Virus record (IMG/VR): IMGVR_UViG_3300044228_005231
Location: 1-36,293 of that record
Strand: one strand, 5' to 3'
Origin: a virus
Lineage: Duplodnaviria > Caudoviricetes
Length of the DNA: 36,293 bases
The position numbers were made by a program, and so were the translations under genes. Shown piece by piece: positions 22,388 through 32,180 of the stretch. The notes under the pieces were generated by a model. That model did not search any database, was not told the origin of the DNA, and was given only the letters and a program-made list of their open reading frames with translations. Position 1 is the stretch's first letter. The number at the start of each line of letters is the position of its first letter.

Positions 22388-24916
22388 CTAGGCCCTCGGT
22401 AATTTGAACAGCAGTTTTTGCCGACCGCCGCGACCGTCCGGCCTGCTGCTCTGTTGCGTGATTTCTATCCGACCGGCGTCGACGAGCGTCTGAAGCAACT
22501 CGTCTAACTCGCGGCTCGACCGAACCTCTTTCATGAACCGATTGACCAGCGTTCGGCGCTCGACCCATTGCCCCCGCTTCTTTTCCATGTAGCCGACAAC
22601 GCGTTCGATAATCTGCGCATTACGCCCGGCATTCATCCGCGTTTGCGCTTCCGTTACGGTCCGCCTGGTCGACCAGTCGACGAACCGACAGGCCCACCGC
22701 ATCTGATCTTCGTCGATCGTGATCCGCGAACCCTCTAGTTCCGGGTCGACCAGGTCGGCGACGGCGAGGATTGTCGCCACCCGAAGCGCGATCTCTGCTG
22801 ACCGGGCATAGAAGTTCAACGCGTCCGGCGAAGCCTCGCGAACCCCATCGGCGCACCATCGCATATAGCGCTGATACATCTCGACGGCTTCCCGGCTGGC
22901 GAAGACGCGTTCGGGGTCGGTCGAGTAAGCGCCGATATTCGCGCGCATTGATTGCGGAATGTCGTCGCTGATCATAATGTCGCGGCGCTTATGCAGGCGC
23001 TTCAATCCGGCGACGACGGCAGCGGGCGGCTTCGAGATACTGTCGACCGTCCCTTCGCCCATCATTCGCGCGGCTAGGTCTTCTTCGGCTTTCGCCTGTA
23101 GCGCCGCGTTTTCGTCGGGCTCGTCATAGAGTGTCAGCCAGCGATTGAAGAAGCCGCCTTCTACGCTGTCTTCGGTCAGCGCCGAATAGAACTTACCCGG
23201 CGTCGCGGCGGCATAGATTGACAAATGCGGCGCGTGAATGTCGACCGCCGACGTCGCCGCCATGGCTTGCGTCTTGTATAGCTTGAAGCCGACCGAAAAG
23301 AGCTCTTTCAGAACCCGCATCTTCGACCGTTCCGCCCCCGACGCATTATAGGCCGTCATCTTCGTAAGCGTGTCGGCAAACTCGTCAGTCACGACGAGCA
23401 CGTTCGGCTTGTCCTTCAGTTCGTTTTCAAGAACGCTTCCGGCGGTCCATGTCGACGGGCCGAGCAAGTTAAATAGTCCGCACGCTTCGAGCAAGTCGGC
23501 AGGCGCGCCGACCGGGCGGTTCTTACCCGTTCCCGATCCGGCAAGGCATAGGACGAACAGGCTTGTCGATCCCTCGCGCGGCGTCTCGTATTGCCGGCCG
23601 ATCACAACGGAGATTGTCGCCAGCGCCGCCCCGATCGCCAGGCATGGGAGCGGCTTCGGCGCGCCGTCGCATATCCACTCACTGACTTTCGAGACAAGCC
23701 AGTTCGGCGGCATTTCCCGCCACCTTGTCAGACTGGCGTCGGCGCCGAACTCGGCGAAGATCGGGGCGTCGCTCTTGCCGTCGTCGACCGCGATCGGGGC
23801 GTCGAGCTCGACCGTCTCTTCGCGCTTCTGTTGATTGGCGAGCATGGCGCTAACGTCGACGACATTCCCGTCGACGCCCTCTTCTTCGGCTGGCTGGAAA
23901 GTATGCGTCGGCGCGAGCATGACCGGCGGATCTTCGCCGTGTAGTGCGGAATGAAGCCAGACGAACGCGCCGTCGAAGTCGAGCCCCTTCGTCATCATGA
24001 TAAGGTCGATCGGGCTAAAGCGTTCGTTCGATCCCCAATCGGAAATGCCCGACGGCTGAATCGACAGGTTCTTCTTGCGCTTGTGTAGCGGCTGACCGGA
24101 TGACGAGTCGCGCGCCGTGTTCACGGCTTGATAGCCGCGACGCGCCTTCTCGATCCCGTATAGGTCCAAGTCGTGAACCCATAGGTCGAGATTATCGAGC
24201 GCCGCCCGGTTCAATTCGGCGAACGGCGTTTCGAGCCATCCGGCGTTGCCCGTTTCGATAAATTCCTTCCGGCGCGGCTGGTGAATATCGAACTCATTCC
24301 AGCCGAGCCCCTGAAGCGTCTCTTCTAGAACTTCAATATCTTCGGCGGTCAGTTCGGGCAGGTCTTCCGCCGGTACCGGCCCGCGTGTCCACACATACGC
24401 CTTTTGCGTGATCGGATGAATTGACGGCGGCACGACGGTTTGCCGCGTGTCTTGTCCGGTCAGGATTTCGCAAAGCGATTGCCGCCCGTTGCGATCGTAC
24501 TTCCGGGTCGTCAGGCGCATGTCGCCGCGATAGAACAGCGTCAGCCCCTTCTGACCTTTCTTCGCCATCGGCGAGTGTGGAAGCGCGCCTAGAATTTCTT
24601 CGATCTCGTCGAAGTCTTCGGCGTCAATATCGACGGCGACGATCTGGTGATCGCCAAGCCGCGACCCGCAAACGACGCCTATGTTCGCGCCGCTCCAATC
24701 TTTCCAGACTTCCCACTCGAAGCCGGTCGGCTGGCGATCGCGGAAGCGCTGCCAATTATACATAGGCTTCCACTCGCCGCGCGTGATCTCGCCGGGATAC
24801 TTCTTTTCGGGCGCGAGCGGCACGACATTAAAGCCGAGCGCGACCAGGTCTTTCGCGGCGGCATTGAAGGGCGACCGATCGTCGCCGGATGCATCCGCAT
24901 TGCTGTTCGTCATCAT
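22388..24916 (-). CDS. Bifunctional primase-polymerase fused to DUF3987-type helicase
   Basis: Prim-Pol motifs (GFNVVPL, NIGVVCG, AVDID, VVPPSIHP); Walker A AGSGTGKN, Walker B VVTDE, GGFFNRW; C-terminal winged-helix-like region. Confidence 0.9.
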   Translation of the reverse strand: MMTNSNADASGDDRSPFNAAAKDLVALGFNVVPLAPEKKYPGEITRGEWKPMYNWQRFRDRQPTGFEWEVWKDWSGANIGVVCGSRLGDHQIVAVDIDAEDFDEIEEILGALPHSPMAKKGQKGLTLFYRGDMRLTTRKYDRNGRQSLCEILTGQDTRQTVVPPSIHPITQKAYVWTRGPVPAEDLPELTAEDIEVLEETLQGLGWNEFDIHQPRRKEFIETGNAGWLETPFAELNRAALDNLDLWVHDLDLYGIEKARRGYQAVNTARDSSSGQPLHKRKKNLSIQPSGISDWGSNERFSPIDLIMMTKGLDFDGAFVWLHSALHGEDPPVMLAPTHTFQPAEEEGVDGNVVDVSAMLANQQKREETVELDAPIAVDDGKSDAPIFAEFGADASLTRWREMPPNWLVSKVSEWICDGAPKPLPCLAIGAALATISVVIGRQYETPREGSTSLFVLCLAGSGTGKNRPVGAPADLLEACGLFNLLGPSTWTAGSVLENELKDKPNVLVVTDEFADTLTKMTAYNASGAERSKMRVLKELFSVGFKLYKTQAMAATSAVDIHAPHLSIYAAATPGKFYSALTEDSVEGGFFNRWLTLYDEPDENAALQAKAEEDLAARMMGEGTVDSISKPPAAVVAGLKRLHKRRDIMISDDIPQSMRANIGAYSTDPERVFASREAVEMYQRYMRWCADGVREASPDALNFYARSAEIALRVATILAVADLVDPELEGSRITIDEDQMRWACRFVDWSTRRTVTEAQTRMNAGRNAQIIERVVGYMEKKRGQWVERRTLVNRFMKEVRSSRELDELLQTLVDAGRIEITQQSSRPDGRGGRQKLLFKLPRA

Positions 24917-24935
24917 AAAAGCCCCTAGTGTAAAA

Positions 24936-25346
24936 TCAGAATGGCGGCGCTTGCAGTGCAGCCTGACGCCTTAGTTCGACGCGGTAGGCCGCCACCATCA
25001 CCCGGCAGAACTCGGCCCATTCGTCAGGCGTGAGCGACGCCAGGTCGAACTTTCCGATCGTCTGCAAATACGCACCCGCCGCCCGTCCGCCTGACGCCGT
25101 GGCTTCGCGCTCCCAATGCGTCGAGCCGGAAGGCAGGCGCGTTAGCCACACCTTCGCAATCTCGGCGCATCGCGGGTCGTCACAAACGGCATACTTGCCG
25201 ACGCGAACCGCGCCCGTCTCACTGTCGCAAACAGCGCACGAAAGACGCTGACGACACTTCGGCGGGTTCGGGTCGCTTATGTCCCACGACAGCCCGCAAG
25301 CCGCGCACGACATTTCGTCCGAATACTGTCGAGCCTGACAAGTCAT
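24936..25346 (-). CDS. Cys-rich protein with DUF6511-like C-terminus
   Basis: CxxC pairs; AAGAYLQTIGKFDLASLTPDEWAEF...APPF; usual position before the primase. Confidence 0.65.
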   Translation of the reverse strand: MTCQARQYSDEMSCAACGLSWDISDPNPPKCRQRLSCAVCDSETGAVRVGKYAVCDDPRCAEIAKVWLTRLPSGSTHWEREATASGGRAAGAYLQTIGKFDLASLTPDEWAEFCRVMVAAYRVELRRQAALQAPPF

Positions 25347-25630
25347 TCGCCGCCCCGCATTTGCTCGCCGTCCGCCCCGATACGCGGCACGATCCCGCCG
25401 CCACGCGTGCGAAGGTATTGCATCCCGGTTTCGTGGTCGGTGACAATTTCGACGCCCGATCGACGACTAGGCCCGTCGGTTGCATCACGCGGAAACACGA
25501 CGTCTAGCCAGGTCGTGTTATTCGCAACGTGTGACAAGATTAGTCCTAGGACAATCCAGCCCGCGAAGGCGCTGACGACGCCGTTCGCGAAGGCGCGGCC
25601 CGCCGCTTTCCAGTCGACACCTTCGATCAT
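25343..25630 (-). CDS. Membrane-anchored DUF6440-like protein
   Basis: N-terminal TM; IVTDHETGMQYL..GGGIVPRIGADG. Confidence 0.7.
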   Translation of the reverse strand: MIEGVDWKAAGRAFANGVVSAFAGWIVLGLILSHVANNTTWLDVVFPRDATDGPSRRSGVEIVTDHETGMQYLRTRGGGIVPRIGADGEQMRGGE

Positions 25631-25881
25631 GATTCAGCCCCCGGTCCGTCGCCATCACTCACGCGAACCATGCGCGTTTTGCTGTCGGGCTCTTCAGGCT
25701 CTTCGTGCGTCTTCTCGACGACCGCGCCGCAACTGTCGCACGTCTCGATGCCAAGGCTAGGCGACAGGTCGGCATAGCATCCAGGGCAGGTGAAATAGTA
25801 ACTCCGCTGGCGATTGAATACCTCGCCGTCGTCGGACAGCGGACTCTGATTGTTGCCGAGATATATCTTATCCGAACTCAT
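25627..25881 (-). CDS. Small zinc-ribbon protein
   Basis: CPGC...CDSCG; coupled to neighbours. Confidence 0.6.
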   Translation of the reverse strand: MSSDKIYLGNNQSPLSDDGEVFNRQRSYYFTCPGCYADLSPSLGIETCDSCGAVVEKTHEEPEEPDSKTRMVRVSDGDGPGAES

Positions 25882-26062
25882 GTCTGTTGCTCCCATTCCT
25901 TTTGACGCCCGGCTGAACACTATTGTCAGCGAGCCATTGATTGACGAACTCTTGAATTTCGGCCTCCCGCGCCCTCACTTCGGCGAGCGCATCCGTCGAC
26001 CGCCGGTAGCGGTACGGCGTCGGCGTGAAGATCAGGCGATTGCCGACGCTATCCTTCTGCAT
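25868..26062 (-). CDS. Hypothetical protein
   Basis: 64 aa, overlaps both neighbours. Confidence 0.55.
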   Translation of the reverse strand: MQKDSVGNRLIFTPTPYRYRRSTDALAEVRAREAEIQEFVNQWLADNSVQPGVKRNGSNRHEFG

Positions 26063-26483
26063 TGCCGCACGCCTTCGCCTTTAGTTCGGCATCGATCTTG
26101 TCTACCTTCGCCGGAACTTTTACGCCGAGTTCTTCGCAAGCCTTCCGAATGCGCTCGACCGCATACCGCGCATCGCGCGTCTCTCGCCGGTACTCTTCCC
26201 CCGCGATATGATTATCGACCTGCTCTTTCGTCAGCGCGCCAATCTTAACGAGCCCCTGCATCACAGACTTCGCGAAACCTTCGAGCCCCCAGCCCAAGAG
26301 CGCGATCTTCTTGTTCGGTGAAAAGTGCCGACCGTAGACTGAATAACGACCGTTCGGTCGCTTAATCAGAATACCCGTGTCGTCGACCCTGACGACCTCG
26401 CAATTCTTGTAGACGTGCCCCTTCTTCAGTTCGTCAAACCAGACTTGTTCTAGCGCTTTCTCGCGGCTCATAATGTGCCCCAT
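26049..26483 (-). CDS. Hypothetical protein
   Basis: 144 aa from MGHIMSREK with AGGAGGT RBS. Confidence 0.75.
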   Translation of the reverse strand: MGHIMSREKALEQVWFDELKKGHVYKNCEVVRVDDTGILIKRPNGRYSVYGRHFSPNKKIALLGWGLEGFAKSVMQGLVKIGALTKEQVDNHIAGEEYRRETRDARYAVERIRKACEELGVKVPAKVDKIDAELKAKACGNAEG

Positions 26484-26494
26484 GCTTACACCTC

Positions 26495-28180
26495 CTATTC
26501 GATTACGATTTCGGCGTCGGAATACCGCCAGTTCTTGATCTCCCGATACTTCCCGCGCGTATCGATTTGCACTTCGTCGGGCTTGCGCAATTCGGCGAAC
26601 CGTTGCGCCGCTTCCCAGCAAGTGACCGGCGTCGGCTCGTGCCCGCCATGATCACGCCAGAACTTGATTGCCTTTCCCCGGATCGGGCCGGAATGCTCGA
26701 ACGGCATCCAGACGCTATCGACGAGCGGGCCGACCATGTAGTCGACGCGAAGTGTCGGCACGGCGTCCGGGTCTTTGCGCTTGTTCCAGACGTAGCCAGA
26801 CCAGCTATTCACCCGAAACCAGCGGTCGTCGTATTCCTTCGACAGAACAGGAAGGTCTTCGGCAGTGTCCGCATGTTTCGGCTCGCCGAACTCGAAGCCG
26901 CAGAACTTGCATTTGCGCGCGTTCGACGCGACGAGCTCTTCACACTCCGGGCATTCCTTCGCCTGAACTTCTTCGACTTCGACGCGTCCGACTTCTTCTT
27001 CGGGTTCGCCGGGCGCTTTCTTGTCTTCGACCCGCACGACGTCGACCGGCCCATGACGGCGAACATTGCCCGCATAGTCGAGAACAAGACAGTTCGGCTT
27101 GCGGCTGGCAGCGATCGCGGCCCGGCGCTCTTCGGCTGTCTCGAAGGCGTTCAGGTTCACGCCGTCGGTTCGCGTTCCCCGCCCCATCATCTGAACATAG
27201 AGCGACGTCGACAGCGTCGGGCGAAGCATTCCGATTAAATCGACATTCGGCGCGTCGAAGCCGGTCGTCAGAACGTTCGCATTTGTCAGCGCCCTGATCT
27301 CGCCTCTCTTGAATGCAGCGAGCATCCGGGCGCGCTGATCCTTCGGCGTCTTGCCCGTGACCGTCGCCGCCGTTATCCCGCGCGTTCGAAGCGATCGGGC
27401 GACTTCTTCGGCATGGTCAACGCCCGTGCAGAATAGAAGCCACGACCGACGATCGCGACCGCGCGCGACCAGGTCGTCGCAAGCCGCTTCGACAATGTCG
27501 TGATTAAGCGCGGCCTCTTGCAGAGACTTCGCGACGAACTCGCCGCCCCGCTTCTTGACGCCCGCGACGTCGATCTCGGATCGCCCGGCCTTCGCGGTCA
27601 GCGGACATAGCCAGCCGTCTTCGGTCGCCTCGCCAATCCCGTAATGATAAACGACTTCGTCAAACAGCGAGCCTTCGGCGGTTGTCAGGTTGCCGCTATC
27701 GGTCCGGTATGGCGTGGCGGTCAGGCCGACGACGCGCAAGCCTGGATAGGTTGCCCGAAGGCCGTCCAGAAACTCGCGATACATGCCTTCCGACTTGTTC
27801 GGTATAAGATGCGCTTCGTCGACGATCACGCAATGGCGCGTGCCGAAAACGTCCGCCTTGCTGTAAACCGACTGGATCGACGCGAAGACGATCGACTTAT
27901 GAATATCGCGCTTGTTTAGGCCCGCCGAGTAAATCCCGACCGGAGCTTCTGGCCAGACGCGAAGCAATTGCAGGAAGTTTTGCTGAACAAGTTCGCGAAC
28001 GTGCACGAGCATCATGATACGAACGTCGGGCGCGGCCTGACGAAGTCGCTGGCATAGCTTCGCCACGACGACCGACTTCCCTAGTCCGGTCGCAAGGTCG
28101 ATCAATGGCGACCCGCCGCCCTTGCGCCAGAACTCGAACGTCGCTTCTAGCGATTGTTCCTGATACGGTCGAAGCTGCAT
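26495..28180 (-). CDS. Superfamily 2 DEAH helicase (RadD/YejH-like) with zinc ribbon
   Basis: LRPYQ, ATGLGKS, DEAH, GLTATPYR, QMMGRGTR, CPEC..CKFCG. Confidence 0.95.
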   Translation of the reverse strand: MQLRPYQEQSLEATFEFWRKGGGSPLIDLATGLGKSVVVAKLCQRLRQAAPDVRIMMLVHVRELVQQNFLQLLRVWPEAPVGIYSAGLNKRDIHKSIVFASIQSVYSKADVFGTRHCVIVDEAHLIPNKSEGMYREFLDGLRATYPGLRVVGLTATPYRTDSGNLTTAEGSLFDEVVYHYGIGEATEDGWLCPLTAKAGRSEIDVAGVKKRGGEFVAKSLQEAALNHDIVEAACDDLVARGRDRRSWLLFCTGVDHAEEVARSLRTRGITAATVTGKTPKDQRARMLAAFKRGEIRALTNANVLTTGFDAPNVDLIGMLRPTLSTSLYVQMMGRGTRTDGVNLNAFETAEERRAAIAASRKPNCLVLDYAGNVRRHGPVDVVRVEDKKAPGEPEEEVGRVEVEEVQAKECPECEELVASNARKCKFCGFEFGEPKHADTAEDLPVLSKEYDDRWFRVNSWSGYVWNKRKDPDAVPTLRVDYMVGPLVDSVWMPFEHSGPIRGKAIKFWRDHGGHEPTPVTCWEAAQRFAELRKPDEVQIDTRGKYREIKNWRYSDAEIVIE

Positions 28181-28182
28181 CT

Positions 28183-28341
28183 CTAATTTTCCCAATCGTA
28201 GAAATGTTCGAACAGTTCGGTCAGTTCGTCGGTCAACTTCTCGGCGGCGCGATCGTCAATCATGCTCGCAAGATCGGTCAGTTCGTGGTCGCCGAGTTCC
28301 GAAATGGTCTTCGCGAGCGCCTTCAGTTCGTCGCGTGTCAT
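28183..28341 (-). CDS. Small acidic hypothetical protein
   Basis: 52 aa MTRDELKALAK...; ATGA overlap with HNH gene. Confidence 0.55.
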   Translation of the reverse strand: MTRDELKALAKTISELGDHELTDLASMIDDRAAEKLTDELTELFEHFYDWEN

Positions 28342-28661
28342 TTGCCAGCCCCCTTCGCCGCGCGATCGCGGCGCTTCTGATTTTCCTTGTGCGTCACCAT
28401 TTCCAGGTGATCCGGGTTGCAACAAAGCCGGTTTCTGCATTTGTGGTCGATCTGCTTTCGTGGCGGGATAGGCCCATGTTCGATTATGAACATGACGCGA
28501 TGCACGGCGACCGTTCCGCCATCCAGCTTCGCCCGGCCATACCCGCCGCCCCGACCCTTGCCAGACGTCGGCCCGGTCCAAATCCAGCATTCGCCGAGTT
28601 CGCCCTTCCGAGTCTCGCAGCGGCGGCGAATGCGCTGTCGTATGCGTTCGCGACGCCCCAT
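28338..28661 (-). CDS. HNH endonuclease
   Basis: CWIWTG..GYG..VHRV..IDHKCRNRLCCNPDHLEMVTHKEN. Confidence 0.9.
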   Translation of the reverse strand: MGRRERIRQRIRRRCETRKGELGECWIWTGPTSGKGRGGGYGRAKLDGGTVAVHRVMFIIEHGPIPPRKQIDHKCRNRLCCNPDHLEMVTHKENQKRRDRAAKGAGK

Positions 28662-28972
28662 CACTCGCCCCGCTCGATAATGTAGCGTTGCGTCTCGAAG
28701 GTCGGGCAGCGATTGTGATCTTTCGCGTAATGGTGCGCATAAGCAAAAGTGAAGACGAACAGCCCCAGCGCGAGAAATGCGCCAGACCAAGCGAAAAGCA
28801 TGGCGAACCCGGTCGTAAGCCTCTTCTCGACAATGATCACACCGGCAGAAAACGCCACAAACCCGACGCACACAAACAGCGCGACGACCGCAACCGCGAC
28901 AACCGGTTCGAGCGCACCCATAAGCGCCGGATCGCGCGACCATTCCTTCGCAATACTGATTAGATCAATCAT
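28661..28972 (-). CDS. Two-TM membrane protein
   Basis: 103 aa from MIDLISIAK; GGGGGA RBS. Confidence 0.65.
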   Translation of the reverse strand: MIDLISIAKEWSRDPALMGALEPVVAVAVVALFVCVGFVAFSAGVIIVEKRLTTGFAMLFAWSGAFLALGLFVFTFAYAHHYAKDHNRCPTFETQRYIIERGE

Positions 28973-29927
28973 AGTAATTTCCCCCGTTGGATTGCCTGAC
29001 ATTGTGGAAGGTTCGACCGTCGGGCAGCGCATAGGAAACGCGCCCGATCTCGCCGTCGGCGTCGACCTGGTCGCCCGGAACGATCGCCGGAATGAATAGG
29101 TGATCAGCGCAACCGGCTTCTTGCTCTTCGCGGTTGCGTTCTGTGTTGTGATGCTCGCAAACCCACTTACCCCCGTCGGCGGGCGTAACGTGTAGACAGG
29201 TGCGGCAATTGACTTCGGGCAGGGCGTCGCCGTGACACTTGTCGGCATGATCGCAGAACCGGCAGCCGAAGAAGTCCGGCTTACTGCTGATCTTCGCCAG
29301 CGGAACGGGCGACATAACAATTCGTTCAGCCTTGCGTTCGAGCCGAACAGCCTTCTCGAAGTCGTATTCTATCCGTTCGCCGTAGCGTTCATCTGTGTCT
29401 TTATTGACGGCGAGATAGACGCCGCGCTCCCGGTGCCGCAAATGCATGTAAATCAGCGTTTGCGCATAGTGCTCTGGCTTCGACTTCTCGACGCCGTTCG
29501 ACACCAGATGACGGAACGACTTCGAGTTGTGCGACTTGAACTCGCCGACGTGCCACACTTTCGGGGCGTCAGGCAGGTTCAGAATTTCGGCATCTAGAAA
29601 GCCGTAGGAATGCCCGTAGGCGAATGATACGCCTATCTGTTTGTCGGGCTTACCAAGGTCATAATCGACCACTTCGCAGCCGATCTTGCGAAGATCCTCC
29701 ACGAACCGCTGTTCGTGAAGATCGCCCGTCTGAAACAGGCGGAGCATCTGCCCCCCGAACTCGACCGGCGGCGACACCCATCGGAATGAATACCAAAGCG
29801 CGCGTTCGCACTCTGCGCCGATCTTCGACGGCGGCAGGCGGTACCCGTGCCGGGGCGTCCGGTCGGCTTCATAGGCCCGATCGATTTCGACGAGCGCCTG
29901 AAGTTGAAGTTGAGGCATAGGGGCCAC
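28965..29927 (-). CDS. PD-(D/E)XK (Cas4-like) exonuclease
   Basis: SKIGAECERALWYSFRW, GFLDA, GEFKS, HYAQ, CRFC..C; probable GTG start. Confidence 0.88.
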   Translation of the reverse strand: MAPMPQLQLQALVEIDRAYEADRTPRHGYRLPPSKIGAECERALWYSFRWVSPPVEFGGQMLRLFQTGDLHEQRFVEDLRKIGCEVVDYDLGKPDKQIGVSFAYGHSYGFLDAEILNLPDAPKVWHVGEFKSHNSKSFRHLVSNGVEKSKPEHYAQTLIYMHLRHRERGVYLAVNKDTDERYGERIEYDFEKAVRLERKAERIVMSPVPLAKISSKPDFFGCRFCDHADKCHGDALPEVNCRTCLHVTPADGGKWVCEHHNTERNREEQEAGCADHLFIPAIVPGDQVDADGEIGRVSYALPDGRTFHNVRQSNGGNYYD

Positions 29928-29974
29928 GGTCGCACCTTTCACGGTCCGTTAGAGTTTCTTCGATTTTGGGAAGT

Positions 29975-30005
29975 GACCGGCGGGTCAGGGACGATCCCGC
30001 CGGTC
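29975..30005. other. Intergenic hairpin after SSB-like gene, no U-tract
   Basis: GACCGGCGGG-N11-CCCGCCGGTC. Confidence 0.65.
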
Positions 30006-30014
30006 GTCGGCGCG

Positions 30015-30521
30015 CTAGCCGTTATTTTCCCACGGCAGGCCGCCCGCGCCGCTGGCAGGCGGGGCATTTTGGGCCGGCTGCTGTTGGGCTGGCTGCTGGT
30101 GAGTGGGCGTCGGGTTTTGGTACGGCGCGGCAGATTTCAACTTATTGCTGTCGCCATACTTTTCGTTATGGTCGATCTTTACCGACGCCGTGAACGGAAT
30201 ATTATGAAGCTGTTCACTGTCAGACATCGACCCTTGGATACCGCATGCGCGCATAAGTTTTTTTAGGGTTGATTGCCCGATCTGCTGCGCGGTTGGGTTC
30301 TTGTGCTGGATGTTCAGATTTTCCCAAAACTGACGCCCGGCGAACTCGCCTTCGTCGATCTTTATCGTCAGCTTCAACAGCATCCCGCTTCCGGTCGAGT
30401 TCGGCTTAACATCGCTTTCGACGATCCGGCAAACATAGGTGCCCGCCGGTACCGGGTCGAACTTGTCGTCGTCGGGCAGGTCGTTAAAATTGACCTCTTG
30501 CCCACCAAAAAGACTAGCCAT
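30015..30521 (-). CDS. DUF669 single-stranded DNA-binding protein
   Basis: FDPVPAGTY, EGEFAGRQFWENLN, Q/P-rich tail ending LPW; follows Sak4-like ATPase. Confidence 0.88.
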   Translation of the reverse strand: MASLFGGQEVNFNDLPDDDKFDPVPAGTYVCRIVESDVKPNSTGSGMLLKLTIKIDEGEFAGRQFWENLNIQHKNPTAQQIGQSTLKKLMRACGIQGSMSDSEQLHNIPFTASVKIDHNEKYGDSNKLKSAAPYQNPTPTHQQPAQQQPAQNAPPASGAGGLPWENNG

Positions 30522-31314
30522 TGTTTTCGTCGTCCTTCTTCTTCGTGTGGATTTCCTGGGCGGGCAGGTAAGCGGCTATTGCAGCGTACCCCTTGCCCTT
30601 GTCGTACTTGACGCGCCACGGCATTCCGAACCGGTTCTTCGCGTTGTAGGAAGGGCGCGCTTCGGTATAAATCCAGCGGAAGCCGCCACCTTCCGCGCGC
30701 TTAACTTCTTTGCCGAAGCCGACTTCTTCCGACTTTACTGACAGGTCTTGATTGACGAACAGAATTGCGTCGACCTCGTCTTCGAACATGCCGTGAACGT
30801 GCTTATTCAGGCGAATATCATACTTCGAATACGACGCGGCTTGCGGGTCGTCGAACCGACTAACGGCAGAATGCGCCGTATAGATAATGTTCATGCCGCG
30901 CGCGGCGCGAAGTGCGTTGCAACCGTCAATGAAGTTTCGAATCGTGTCGGCGGCGACGACGTACCCTTTACCGTATCCGGCATCTTCAATATTCGCCCAC
31001 TTGTTCAGCTTGCAGACGTGGCGTTGCGCGAAGACTTCGAGACGATCGAGACTGTCGACGATCAATGTCTTAAAATCGTGCTCTTGCGTGTAAAGCGCGG
31101 TTAGCGCTTCCATGACGCTTTCCCACGAATCGACGTCGTCGCCGAGCGTCGTGATCGCCAATTCGGCGGGAACGCCGCGTTCAATATCCATAATTACCGG
31201 GTTCGGAAACTCGGCGGCGAGCGACGTCTTACCAAAGCCGGGCGGGCCATAGATCAAAACGCGCGGCGGCTTGTCCGCCTTTGTCTTCTTCAATGTGGAT
31301 AGATCGATTGCCAT
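30514..31314 (-). CDS. Sak4-like AAA_24 ATPase (recombinase)
   Basis: LIYGPPGFGKTS, LIVDSLD, GYGKGY, AKNR motifs. Confidence 0.9.
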   Translation of the reverse strand: MAIDLSTLKKTKADKPPRVLIYGPPGFGKTSLAAEFPNPVIMDIERGVPAELAITTLGDDVDSWESVMEALTALYTQEHDFKTLIVDSLDRLEVFAQRHVCKLNKWANIEDAGYGKGYVVAADTIRNFIDGCNALRAARGMNIIYTAHSAVSRFDDPQAASYSKYDIRLNKHVHGMFEDEVDAILFVNQDLSVKSEEVGFGKEVKRAEGGGFRWIYTEARPSYNAKNRFGMPWRVKYDKGKGYAAIAAYLPAQEIHTKKKDDENNG

Positions 31315-31847
31315 TAGTCGGCGTCCTTTTCAGTTCCGGGTTGCAGGGTTTTTACAAGCCATCCGCCAAAAGCCCCGCTTTCCTTAGACGGACGAAATTC
31401 GACGGCGAGCGCCTGAACCGGAACGATTGCGATATGAACGCGATTGTCGTGCTGTTCAGCCCACGCCGTCGCGATCGCGGTAACGTGCCGGTCGTCTTCA
31501 ATGACGCCTTGCTTCACCAACAGGTCGAGAACGGGCTTCGTCCGGTTATCAATGTCGGCGACCTTCGATCGGCGTTCGGTATTCATAACGACGATGACTT
31601 TACCCGGTACCGGCGACCAGTTCTGACGCGCCAAGGCGACACCCGCCTCGCTTTTCCAATCTCGAAGCGCCGCCGTCGAGAACCGACCGCGCGCCCCCTT
31701 CCCCCGACCGTTCGCATACGCCGCATTAAGCGACGGCGGCACGGGAAGCCAAATATTCAGGGGCGCGTCAGCGGATGACGACGCCGACGCGCCCCCTTCG
31801 GCAACACCCACGGGCCGGGCGGTTGCAGAAACTTTAGAACGGCTCAC
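31314..31847 (-). CDS. rusA: RusA-like Holliday junction resolvase
   Basis: PPSLN, DIDNRTKPVLDLL...IEDDRHV motifs. Confidence 0.88.
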   Translation of the reverse strand: MSRSKVSATARPVGVAEGGASASSSADAPLNIWLPVPPSLNAAYANGRGKGARGRFSTAALRDWKSEAGVALARQNWSPVPGKVIVVMNTERRSKVADIDNRTKPVLDLLVKQGVIEDDRHVTAIATAWAEQHDNRVHIAIVPVQALAVEFRPSKESGAFGGWLVKTLQPGTEKDAD

Positions 31848-32107
31848 GTCGACGCACTCCGACGGCGGCGCATATTCGCCAGTTCGGCAAGCGTCGCTTC
31901 GTATGTGGCCAGACCGCGACGAACGGCGGCGACGCCGATCGCTTCGTCGTATTCACCAGGAATTGAATTTCGATAGCGCCACTGTTGCGCCGTCACATAG
32001 CTGACACCCGCGTCGGCGGCGAAGTCGCTATAGGTAGGCCAACGGCGTTGAAATAGTGTCGCGTCGTTCACTTTGCGCCCTTCGTCAGGTAATGTGGTTG
32101 TGTTCAT
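31844..32107 (-). CDS. Cro-like HTH regulator
   Basis: WPTYSDFAADAGVSYVTAQQWRYRNSIP; divergent from repressor. Confidence 0.85.
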   Translation of the reverse strand: MNTTTLPDEGRKVNDATLFQRRWPTYSDFAADAGVSYVTAQQWRYRNSIPGEYDEAIGVAAVRRGLATYEATLAELANMRRRRSAST

Positions 32108-32113
32108 AGCGCT

Positions 32114-32142
32114 AGTTAATACGGATCGTATTAGCTGGTCAA
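32114..32142 (-). promoter_or_regulatory. Lytic promoter (TTGACC-N17-TTAACT) containing operator 32117-32133
   Basis: Sigma70-like boxes with palindrome TAATACG-GAT-CGTATTA in the spacer; -10 ends 6 nt before the cro ATG. Confidence 0.8.
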
Positions 32143-32180
32143 CACGGTTAATGGCATTTTTTTTGCTTGATTGGTTTTTT

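Noticed and set aside
28965-29927. Cas4-like nuclease as sign of a CRISPR system
   Set aside because: No repeat-spacer array or other cas genes; it sits in a standard Sak4-SSB-exonuclease recombination module
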